The notes below the pieces were generated by a model. That model had not been told where the DNA came from. It searched no databases and saw only the letters and a list, made by a program, of their open reading frames with translations. Positions 16,693 to 23,707 of a DNA stretch of 29,496 bases are shown here, piece after piece. Numbering within the stretch: the first letter of the stretch is position 1; each line of letters begins with the position of its first letter. This stretch comes from a virus. Location: IMG/VR virus record IMGVR_UViG_3300012346_000182, positions 1-29,496 of that record; one strand, written 5' to 3'. Both the position numbers and the translations under genes were made by a program.

Positions 16693-17682
16693 ATGTCAAA
16701 AGAATCACCAAAAACAAAGTTAGCGCGTGAAGTTCGCGCCAAGTTTCCCAACACACCGACATTAACACTTGCAAAGAAGTTAAGCAAAGAACACTTTGAA
16801 ACATTTTTAGGTGTTGAGGATGCGCGAATGGCATTAAGAAGAATTGAAGGAAAGACAGGTAAACAAACACCTATTGATAAATCTTTGGTAGTTGAAAAAG
16901 ACAGACCAAAGAATCCATTTAAACTTCCGAAGTCATACGCGAAAGGTCGAAAGCATATTGATGTTAAAGGCAAAAAGATTCTTATCCTTTCCGATGTCCA
17001 CATCCCTTACCACGACATCGATGCGTTGAGTGTTGCCATTGAAACAGGATTGAGCGAAGGAGTTGATACGGTTATCTTGAATGGTGATGCGTTGGACTGT
17101 CATATGATTTCCGACTTTGTTAAGGATCCGAAGAAACGCAAGTTTAAAGATGAACTTTACGCAATGAGAACCTTTGTTTATGAACTTCGCCAAACGTTTC
17201 CAAATGCAGAGATAATCTACAAAGAAGGCAATCACGAAGAAAGGTATTGGAGATATATGCGCGTTAAAGCACCCGAACTATTCGACATTGATGCATTCGA
17301 TTTTGCAAGTCTTTGCCACTTGGATAAGTACGACATCAAATGGATTGAGGGAAAGAATAAGATTAACATCGGTGGGTTGTCACTATTTCACGGACACGAA
17401 TTTGGAAAGCAGTTTTTGCCATCAGTAAACGTGGCGCGTGGTTTGTTTCTTAAGACCAAAGCAAACGCAATGTGTGGACATCATCATCAAACTGCAGAAC
17501 ACACGGAACGCGATGTAAACGGAAAGGTGATAACCTGTTGGGGTGTGGGTTGCTTAAGTGAATTAAGTCCCGATTATAACCCCTATTCTAAATACAATCA
17601 CGGATTTGCAATTATAACCAGAGGCAATGGAAAAGAATTTCACGTTAAGAATTATCGCGTTAATGACGGTCGCATTTATTAG
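16693..17682 (+). CDS. Calcineurin-like metallophosphoesterase with a basic N-terminal extension (329 aa)
   Basis: Motifs in canonical order: SDVHIPYHD (D.H), NGDALD (GD..D), EGNHEE (GNHE), FHGHE, CGHHH. Confidence 0.8.
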   Translation: MSKESPKTKLAREVRAKFPNTPTLTLAKKLSKEHFETFLGVEDARMALRRIEGKTGKQTPIDKSLVVEKDRPKNPFKLPKSYAKGRKHIDVKGKKILILSDVHIPYHDIDALSVAIETGLSEGVDTVILNGDALDCHMISDFVKDPKKRKFKDELYAMRTFVYELRQTFPNAEIIYKEGNHEERYWRYMRVKAPELFDIDAFDFASLCHLDKYDIKWIEGKNKINIGGLSLFHGHEFGKQFLPSVNVARGLFLKTKANAMCGHHHQTAEHTERDVNGKVITCWGVGCLSELSPDYNPYSKYNHGFAIITRGNGKEFHVKNYRVNDGRIY

Positions 17683-17926
17683 CGGTCTGTTAATTTGTCG
17701 TAGTTGTAATAAACAACAAGTTCAAACTATTAGCCACAACGACACAATCGTAGTATTAAAGGCAACCATTGACACGTTGGAAGTGGAACGGATTAAAACA
17801 AAAACGATTTATGAAAAACAAATTGATACTATTTATATGCTTGATAGCATTGCCATTGATAGCGCATACACAAAAGCAATCAACAGGCTTCAGGAACTCG
17901 AAGGCTCTGGATTCTTTAAGCATTGA
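17627..17926 (+). CDS. i-spanin-like protein (99 aa; N-terminal TM anchor plus helical region)
   Basis: N-terminal TM segment LRIIALMTVAFISGLLIC, followed by helical TIDTLEVERIKTKTIYEKQIDTIY.... It is at the end of the lysis cassette and overlaps the next ORF out of frame. Confidence 0.45.
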   Translation: MEKNFTLRIIALMTVAFISGLLICRSCNKQQVQTISHNDTIVVLKATIDTLEVERIKTKTIYEKQIDTIYMLDSIAIDSAYTKAINRLQELEGSGFFKH

Positions 17927-18188
17927 AAGAAGATTAGTTGTATTAGGTGTAAAGTCACTTGACTATTACATTCATTTAAACGACATCAATAGTCGGATAA
18001 TTCGCACACAAAGTGAGGTTATTGTCTATAATGAGGGATATATAAGACAATTAGAGGGATTAAATAAGGAATTAAACGAGGGATTGAATGAGGAATTAAA
18101 TAGAAAAAAAAAGTGGCGCAAAGCCACTCTTTATTCAATCGGTTTAAATGCTATTTTTTTAGCGACATTATACGTTTTAAGTATATAG
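17811..18188 (+). CDS. Secreted/anchored coiled-coil protein (125 aa), spanin partner or u-spanin-like
   Basis: ATG 17811 (the track ORF starts at a TTG at 17769). Signal-like MKNKLILFICLIALPLIAHTQ, a coiled coil with a duplicated EGLNxELN, and a C-terminal TM segment ATLYSIGLNAIFLATLYVLSI. It starts in the +1 frame inside the previous ORF. Confidence 0.45.
   Translation: MKNKLILFICLIALPLIAHTQKQSTGFRNSKALDSLSIERRLVVLGVKSLDYYIHLNDINSRIIRTQSEVIVYNEGYIRQLEGLNKELNEGLNEELNRKKKWRKATLYSIGLNAIFLATLYVLSI
18054..18101 (+). repeat. Imperfect 24-bp tandem duplication (2 copies, 21/24 identical)
   Basis: gagggattaaataaggaattaaac / gagggattgaatgaggaattaaat, encoding EGLNKELN/EGLNEELN. Confidence 0.85.
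18104..18128 (-). terminator. Rho-independent terminator of the leftward operon
   Basis: Hairpin agtggc-gcaaa-gccact (18112-18128), followed on the minus strand by T9 (A9 at 18104-18112 on plus). It lies 23 nt downstream of the stop at 18151. Confidence 0.55.
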
Positions 18189-18363
18189 CCATATCCAAGG
18201 CTTCCTCATACGCGTGGTGTAACCATTCTTTTTCCGATAGGTTCGCATTGTCAACGGTTGTTCCGTATTTAGCCCTTCCCATTTTCTCGCGTGAGATAAG
18301 GTCGGTTATTACTTCTTTGTAGACATCACTTTGGCAGTTGTCAAAATCGTGTGTTATATTCAT
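18151..18363 (-). CDS. Small helical protein (70 aa), weakly MazG-like
   Basis: GRAKYGTT...WLHHAYEEALDMAIYL resembles the kYG / EE..D pattern of small phage NTP-pyrophosphohydrolase-like proteins. Last gene of the leftward operon. Confidence 0.5.
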   Translation of the reverse strand: MNITHDFDNCQSDVYKEVITDLISREKMGRAKYGTTVDNANLSEKEWLHHAYEEALDMAIYLKRIMSLKK

Positions 18364-18707
18364 AATACTTCTAATTTAGGTTGATTTTCTTTTGCATCTT
18401 GGATTAACTTAATCAGTTCAGGTAGCATCCAATAACCGTAGGTTGCCATCTCATAAGTGAAATCTTCAAGGTGTTTCGTGATGTCTGGCAATGTCGCGCC
18501 ATCAGTTTCCCAAAGTGCAGTAATTGTCTTACCGTGTTCACGCTGAATTGAATCATTAAGTCGTTTCATTAACATTTTAGTTTGGTGGTTATAGAACCAT
18601 TTAATCGGTTCGCATTCATCAGATGCATACAATGTAGCCTGTGTCCACATTAACAGGTTCAGAACCTTGATTTTTTCAAGGTCGTTCTTTGATAGTTTGT
18701 TGTTCAT
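18360..18707 (-). CDS. Hypothetical protein (115 aa)
   Basis: ORF with a 4-nt overlap to the downstream gene. Confidence 0.65.
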   Translation of the reverse strand: MNNKLSKNDLEKIKVLNLLMWTQATLYASDECEPIKWFYNHQTKMLMKRLNDSIQREHGKTITALWETDGATLPDITKHLEDFTYEMATYGYWMLPELIKLIQDAKENQPKLEVL

Positions 18708-18778
18708 TATTTTAATTTTTACCTATCGGGTATAATACTTACTGGTATCATATGTTTTATACCAAATCGGGTGTTGTT

Positions 18779-18907
18779 TTAAAGTTCATCTTCTTTAGGG
18801 TTTTTTAATTCTTTCAATTCCTTAATTACATCAATCCAAATTGATATCGCAAGGGGAATAATTACAGCAATGGCAATTATTAAAAGGATAATTACTAATG
18901 CTGTCAT
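18779..18907 (-). CDS. Small membrane protein (42 aa; below the track cutoff)
   Basis: Peptide MTALVIILLIIAIAVIIPLAISIWIDVIKELKELKNPKEDEL. Its start overlaps the upstream stop (ATGA). Confidence 0.4.
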   Translation of the reverse strand: MTALVIILLIIAIAVIIPLAISIWIDVIKELKELKNPKEDEL

Positions 18908-19053
18908 AACTCATCTTCAATTTGTTCTTTTAATAGTTCAAGCGCATATCTTGCGCCTTCAATAAACGCGAAATAACGCGAGTTATCCATTTGTTCGCCG
19001 TTGTACATTGCGTAATATTCGGCTTTCATTTTGATTAGTTTATTTAGTTCCAT
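18904..19053 (-). CDS. Hypothetical protein (49 aa; below the track cutoff)
   Basis: Peptide MELNKLIKMKAEYYAMYNGEQMDNSRYFAFIEGARYALELLKEQIEDEL. Start coupled to the upstream stop (TAATG) and stop coupled to the downstream start (ATGA). Confidence 0.4.
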   Translation of the reverse strand: MELNKLIKMKAEYYAMYNGEQMDNSRYFAFIEGARYALELLKEQIEDEL

Positions 19054-19358
19054 TACCAATTATTCATATTATTTCTCGATGAATTCTTTTTAAAAGAATC
19101 CTTGCAAACTTGTTCTAAATCTTTGTCATTAAAACCACCCCAAGGATTGATCCCTAAATAACTACCGTATCTATCACCATAATTAGATATTTGAACTAAT
19201 GGATTTTCTTTAAGATATTCCAAACATTCCTTCGTATTGTTTTTGAATAGGCAATAAACATCAATTGTTTTTATTTGACCATATCTATCGCAATGACATG
19301 TGCGATAATAATCAGCAAATAATTCAAATACCAATTCTTTCATTTCTTGATTTTTCAT
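19053..19358 (-). CDS. Hypothetical protein (101 aa)
   Basis: ORF downstream of terL. A TATATTTG box lies 23 nt upstream of its ATG. Confidence 0.6.
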   Translation of the reverse strand: MKNQEMKELVFELFADYYRTCHCDRYGQIKTIDVYCLFKNNTKECLEYLKENPLVQISNYGDRYGSYLGINPWGGFNDKDLEQVCKDSFKKNSSRNNMNNW

Positions 19359-19381
19359 TTTTCTATGTTTTTAAGTTTCGA

Positions 19382-19389
19382 CAAATATA
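19382..19389 (-). promoter_or_regulatory. -7 box TATATTTG (no good -33 partner)
   Basis: Exact TAnnTTTG motif on the minus strand in the 40-nt gap between terL and the next ORF. Confidence 0.25.
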
Positions 19390-19398
19390 TAAAAAAAC

Positions 19399-20700
19399 TT
19401 AAGCAAATGCATATTTCCCAAAATTCTTTTTTAATTCGTAGAATGAGCGCATCATGATAGCATCAGCAAAGTCGGGAGACATTCCAAATCTTTTCTTTAA
19501 ATCTTCTTTATTTGTAACCCTTAACTTTTGGTCACTATCTAACTTTTCACGTCTAATCATTTCGAGTTCCTTAACTATCGTGTCTTTATGCTGTGAGTTA
19601 AAAGTGATTGAGTTATTGGTAATTAGTTCTCCAAGTTTAAAATAGCAATCGGATTTGAGATTCAAATAGTTTTCACGAACCGATTTTGAGCCGTTTAAAA
19701 ATCCTTTGCAATGGAGATAATCTTTGCAACCTCCACCGATTCCATCTTCATCGACCAGGACATTAGACAATAACACACCATTGCTTTGTGCCATTTGTCG
19801 AATTGTATCTACTACTTCGTTAATCGGTTTGTGTTTTAACACTACAAATTTATCCGCGTGTAACCCATCCCAAAGTACAATAACCGTTCTATCGTCACCC
19901 ATACGCGCAATATCCGCAGTAATGTATTTGGTTGTGTTCTTTTGCTGTGGTTCTCTAAAACACCTTAACAAATCATCGTAATGATACAAGCGGTCTTGTG
20001 TTTCGTCATAGTCCCAATCCCCATCTAAAAGCCTTTTGCGGTCTATTTCGGGTAACATTCGCAAGTTTTCGAGATACACTGGCGATATGTGAGGATTATC
20101 CGTTGGCAAGGCTTGTATGAACTCTCTATCTTGTCTTAAAGTACCATTACGTTTTGCATCGTAGAACTCATTGTATAACCAACCTTTGTGTGGGTTGCAG
20201 GTTAACAATCCTTTCGGCTTATCATTCACCAATTTGTAACGTACGCGAGATGCAAGAATAGCAATACACTTTTCGCTCACCTCACCTGCTTCATCTACAA
20301 AGTAATCGGTTATCTCTAACGAACCGAATCTTTGGAACTCGGGGTCACTTGGCATATCAGCCAAATCCATTAAAATAGTTTGACTTCCATTGAACCAATT
20401 TATAACGTGGTCTTGACCGTTATACGTGTAATGTTTTCCTGCTACTAATCCATAATTAGCGCAAAGTTCAAAGAATGTCGCCATTGTACTTAATCGCAAC
20501 TTCTTAAGTTCTGCACGACCTATTAAACCGCGTGTGCCTGCGTACTTTAACCTTCGTTTTATTTGCCAGTCACAACCGAGAAAACTTTTTCCGCCTGATG
20601 CAGCTCCGCCATACAATACTTGCCAAATGTCGCTATCAACTGATAGATACGATAACGCAAGTTTTTGCTTTTCGTTATATTCTATTTTACGTGTTGCCAT
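19399..20700 (-). CDS. terL: Terminase large subunit (433 aa)
   Basis: Walker A LYGGAASGGKSF, Walker B-like YFVDEAGEV, and C-terminal RNase-H-like nuclease motifs ITADIARMGDDRTVI and VDEDGIGGG. Confidence 0.9.
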   Translation of the reverse strand: MATRKIEYNEKQKLALSYLSVDSDIWQVLYGGAASGGKSFLGCDWQIKRRLKYAGTRGLIGRAELKKLRLSTMATFFELCANYGLVAGKHYTYNGQDHVINWFNGSQTILMDLADMPSDPEFQRFGSLEITDYFVDEAGEVSEKCIAILASRVRYKLVNDKPKGLLTCNPHKGWLYNEFYDAKRNGTLRQDREFIQALPTDNPHISPVYLENLRMLPEIDRKRLLDGDWDYDETQDRLYHYDDLLRCFREPQQKNTTKYITADIARMGDDRTVIVLWDGLHADKFVVLKHKPINEVVDTIRQMAQSNGVLLSNVLVDEDGIGGGCKDYLHCKGFLNGSKSVRENYLNLKSDCYFKLGELITNNSITFNSQHKDTIVKELEMIRREKLDSDQKLRVTNKEDLKKRFGMSPDFADAIMMRSFYELKKNFGKYAFA

Positions 20701-21260
20701 CTTCTTAAAATTACATCTTTAATAGTGTGAGGACTAACTCCATATTCTTTCGCTAACATTTCACGAGTGTAAATTCTTGGCTTAAACTTCAATCGAATTT
20801 CTTTTACTTGTTCTTCGTTTAGTTTAGCAGTTCCAACTTTTGATCCCTTAACGAAATTTGTACATATTGGTTTTTTGATTCTGCCATTATTGTAAGAATG
20901 TAATGTGTTTTCTTTTGCAGTTGTCCATTCTAAATTAGATACCGCGTTGTTATCTCTTACAAAGTCAATATGGTTTACCTGTAATTTATTCAATGGGTTT
21001 TCAATCCAAGTTTGCGCTACTATACGATGAACCTTAATTGTTTTTAATTTATCATCTATCAATAACATTGTGCGATAATAACCATTAGCATCCTTTGCAG
21101 GTTTCATTATAGAACAACGTTTAGAACCACGATAGCCAGTTGTCAATAATCTACCCATATTGCTTACTAAATATCGGTTATTTGTATTAGGAACGTATCT
21201 CCATTCCTCATTAGGCAAAGAATCTAATTCAATTCCTAACTGATTTAATGTGTAATTCAT
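20682..21260 (-). CDS. HNH homing-type endonuclease (NUMOD4 + HNH_3 + C-terminal HTH)
   Basis: EEWRYVPNTNNRYLVSNMGRL (NUMOD4), VHRIVAQTWIENP...VNHIDFVRDNNAVSNLEWTTAKEN (HNH), ...LAKEYGVSPHTIKDVILRRWQHV. The start could instead be 21278. The 3' end overlaps terL by 19 nt. Confidence 0.85.
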   Translation of the reverse strand: MNYTLNQLGIELDSLPNEEWRYVPNTNNRYLVSNMGRLLTTGYRGSKRCSIMKPAKDANGYYRTMLLIDDKLKTIKVHRIVAQTWIENPLNKLQVNHIDFVRDNNAVSNLEWTTAKENTLHSYNNGRIKKPICTNFVKGSKVGTAKLNEEQVKEIRLKFKPRIYTREMLAKEYGVSPHTIKDVILRRWQHVK

Positions 21261-21320
21261 AGCACTAAAATACAACATTTATACTTTGGTTGGGCATACA
21301 ATGTATAAAAGATATAAACA

Positions 21321-22094
21321 TTATAACTTCTCAATTATTCGTTGTTGCAATATATGACTATCCATAATATCTGCATAAAGGTGTCTCATTATTCCTTGCC
21401 TTACATCGTGTTCAAAGTCCGACTTTTCTTTTGACTTCATTCTGGTAATCGCAAAGTTCGATAAGTTCCTTTCGTTTGTCAGTTCCTGATAAGATAAGAA
21501 TCTGAACTTTTTCCAATCTTCATCCGACCACCATTCGACATTTAGAATGTTTCTTTTCTCCATCATTCGCATCATTGATGGCGCGAGTAAACTAACTTCA
21601 ATTCTCTTTCCATCTTTCCAACGTTGCACATCAAGTAAAAACATTTCTTTGAAATCTACTGGCTCATCGTCTTGCGTTGTTGTACCGATTACCAACTTTG
21701 CTTTCTTTCTTTCGATGTCAAGATTCATTTGCATCTTGTGAACCTTATACGCGTTCAACACATCACTTAAAAACTGAATCGACATTAATCCATAATGCTC
21801 AACTCTTTTCCAAGTTTGACCAACCGCGTTGAGTTGGAAGGCTAAACCAAGTTCGCCTATCGTAAAGAACCTGTAGAACTGTTGAGTTGTGTCGTATAGC
21901 AACTGTGTTTCTTCTGCTGAAGGTAGTTCTTTGATTCCACTTATAACGATTCCTTTTGCAATTAAAGCCTTGAACATTGGCAAGGTTGAATCTTGTATTT
22001 GCGTTTGTTCAAGCGCGTGTAAATAGGCTTTCTCGTCAACTGTCAAGCCATTGTTGTAGGTCTGCCCTTTGTACTCTACCAAGTTTTGATTCAT
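21321..22094 (-). CDS. Hypothetical protein (257 aa), possibly replication-associated
   Basis: Largest early ORF without a recognisable motif. It lies downstream of the DnaA-IV-like gene. Confidence 0.65.
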   Translation of the reverse strand: MNQNLVEYKGQTYNNGLTVDEKAYLHALEQTQIQDSTLPMFKALIAKGIVISGIKELPSAEETQLLYDTTQQFYRFFTIGELGLAFQLNAVGQTWKRVEHYGLMSIQFLSDVLNAYKVHKMQMNLDIERKKAKLVIGTTTQDDEPVDFKEMFLLDVQRWKDGKRIEVSLLAPSMMRMMEKRNILNVEWWSDEDWKKFRFLSYQELTNERNLSNFAITRMKSKEKSDFEHDVRQGIMRHLYADIMDSHILQQRIIEKL

Positions 22095-22413
22095 AATTGT
22101 TATTGTTATTTGTTACAAATTCGTGAAGTTTCCAAGCGGATCGCATTGCCGCCTTCCAATCTTTCATCTTTTTCTTTCCATAGTACCAATTTGTATTGGT
22201 GTAATGGCTAATAAATACCTCTGCAAAGTTAAGCGCATCATCAGAACACGCAGACGGAATGCGTTCCAAAAAGTATTCCGCCACTTCCTCCATCGTTGGA
22301 GGCGAAAACGATGTTCTCGGTGTCTTGCACTTCGATGACATCAACTGCTCTTCGAGTAATTGTACTCTTAATGTCAGTAATTCTAATGCTTGTTTTAATT
22401 GTTCGTTGTTCAT
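22036..22413 (-). CDS. Hypothetical protein (125 aa) with an N-terminal leucine-zipper-like helix
   Basis: MNNEQLKQALELLTLRVQLLEEQL... then ...EVAEYFLE...NWYYGKKKMKDWKAAMRSAW. It overlaps both neighbours out of frame. Confidence 0.55.
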   Translation of the reverse strand: MNNEQLKQALELLTLRVQLLEEQLMSSKCKTPRTSFSPPTMEEVAEYFLERIPSACSDDALNFAEVFISHYTNTNWYYGKKKMKDWKAAMRSAWKLHEFVTNNNNNYESKLGRVQRADLQQWLDS

Positions 22414-22864
22414 TTAAACGTTGTTTTAAAGTTCCACAGTCATATTCATTATCCAGTAACAGCATCGCTTCGTCAATATACGCTCGGTAGATAGCATCAA
22501 CTTTATAAAGGTCAACCATTTTCTTAACCGCGTGTAGTATTGTCGCGTGGTCTTTACCACCTATTAATACTCCTATCTTTGAAAGCGAATAGTTTGTTCC
22601 TGCATAAATTAAAAGTGTCGCAAGATAACGCGCATCAATGATAAATCGTTCACGTGACCGAGAAAAAAACTGTTTACGTGTGACATCGTGCGTTCTACAA
22701 ACAAGGTCGATTACCTTGTCTTCAAAAGAATATACGTAGTGTTCTTCTTTCTCAAGGATCATCCGTTGCAATTCCTTCGCGTTTTCATTGGTGAATACAT
22801 TGAGGAACTCTCGGTAGTTCTTAATCCTGTAACGGTCAAGAAATTGAATCAATGTGTTATTCAT
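22241..22864 (-). CDS. DnaA domain IV-like HTH DNA-binding protein (207 aa)
   Basis: SRSRERFIIDARYLATLLIYAGTNYSLSKIGVLIGGKDHATILHAVKKM matches the Bac_DnaA_C pattern R....aR...myL......Sl..IG..fGgrDHtTvlHA..ki. Confidence 0.7.
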   Translation of the reverse strand: MNNTLIQFLDRYRIKNYREFLNVFTNENAKELQRMILEKEEHYVYSFEDKVIDLVCRTHDVTRKQFFSRSRERFIIDARYLATLLIYAGTNYSLSKIGVLIGGKDHATILHAVKKMVDLYKVDAIYRAYIDEAMLLLDNEYDCGTLKQRLNEQRTIKTSIRITDIKSTITRRAVDVIEVQDTENIVFASNDGGSGGILFGTHSVCVF

Positions 22865-23090
22865 CTCCTTCGTTTTTAATTGTTCGTTTTTCGCTTTCCA
22901 AAATCAGTTCAACTATCTCTTTTGAACTAATGCCAGTATACTTACTTATCTTGGTAATATCGCACACGTGCATTAACATTGGGTAACGTGTCCACTTTTG
23001 TGCCTGTGGATAGCTAATATTCATTGCCTTCGCAAGGCTCGGTGTAGTACCGAACCAAGCGAAAACAAATAATTCCCATTTACTTTTCAT
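22857..23090 (-). CDS. Small HTH protein (77 aa), Cro/excisionase-like regulator candidate
   Basis: ...TPSLAKAMNISYPQAQKWTRYP... is a helix-turn-helix-like segment. Early operon position. Confidence 0.5.
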   Translation of the reverse strand: MKSKWELFVFAWFGTTPSLAKAMNISYPQAQKWTRYPMLMHVCDITKISKYTGISSKEIVELILESEKRTIKNEGDE

Positions 23091-23211
23091 CGTTTAACTT
23101 ATCAATTAGGTTAATGATTGGGTTGAATAACTCCGATATGTGCGGATCGTAGGAGTGCAACTGCTGTTGTGCTAAAGTACACTTCAAAACTTGTTCTAAT
23201 TTGTTGTTCAT
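23080..23211 (-). CDS. Hypothetical protein (43 aa; below the track cutoff)
   Basis: Peptide MNNKLEQVLKCTLAQQQLHSYDPHISELFNPIINLIDKLNDEK. Overlaps the next start by 11 nt. Confidence 0.35.
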   Translation of the reverse strand: MNNKLEQVLKCTLAQQQLHSYDPHISELFNPIINLIDKLNDEK

Positions 23212-23246
23212 AATAAGGGTTTTAAAATTTTAATTGTTTCGTGCAT

Positions 23247-23699
23247 TCAAAATGGTAAGTCGCCTTCGTCCATTTTAGAGTTACTATTTGCGTTGTTCTT
23301 TGCATCATCGGTTAAACCAATGCCAGTCAAAAGATACTTTTCAAAGAGTTGAGCAACCTCAATAACCTTTGCAGGATTGTCGCTATGGTTCATATCAACA
23401 CTTGCCTTTAAAGCAACCGCACGCGCAATAGATTCCTCTTTGTCCTTTGAGTTGTTTGCTTGGTATGAATTACCTGTTGAACTTGGAGTGAAAGAACGTT
23501 GTTCCTGTACCCATTTAATCTTGTGACCTCGACCACTTGGAGTGATTTCGTAGTTCTTTGAATCACCAACCGCAAATGGTGGTTGTTGGGATTTGCTGAA
23601 GACCGTTCCTGTGTCTCCGTTTTCCATACTGACCTCAAATTTGTAAAGGTCGTTCCAAGTTCCACTGCCTTGGATGTTTGTGATTTTTGATGTAGCCAT
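23247..23699 (-). CDS. Single-stranded DNA-binding protein-like (150 aa)
   Basis: The C-terminal acidic tip ...KMDEGDLPF matches the conserved SSB D-(I/L)-P-F tail, preceded by a low-complexity N/S/G linker. The N-terminal ~110 aa are not obviously a canonical OB fold. Confidence 0.6.
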   Translation of the reverse strand: MATSKITNIQGSGTWNDLYKFEVSMENGDTGTVFSKSQQPPFAVGDSKNYEITPSGRGHKIKWVQEQRSFTPSSTGNSYQANNSKDKEESIARAVALKASVDMNHSDNPAKVIEVAQLFEKYLLTGIGLTDDAKNNANSNSKMDEGDLPF

Positions 23700-23707
23700 C
23701 GTTTTAT

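Noticed and set aside
18113-18322. 69-aa + strand ORF beyond the convergence point
   Set aside because: It is antisense to the better-supported minus-strand gene 18151..18363, starts at a GTG inside the terminator hairpin, and has no upstream partner.
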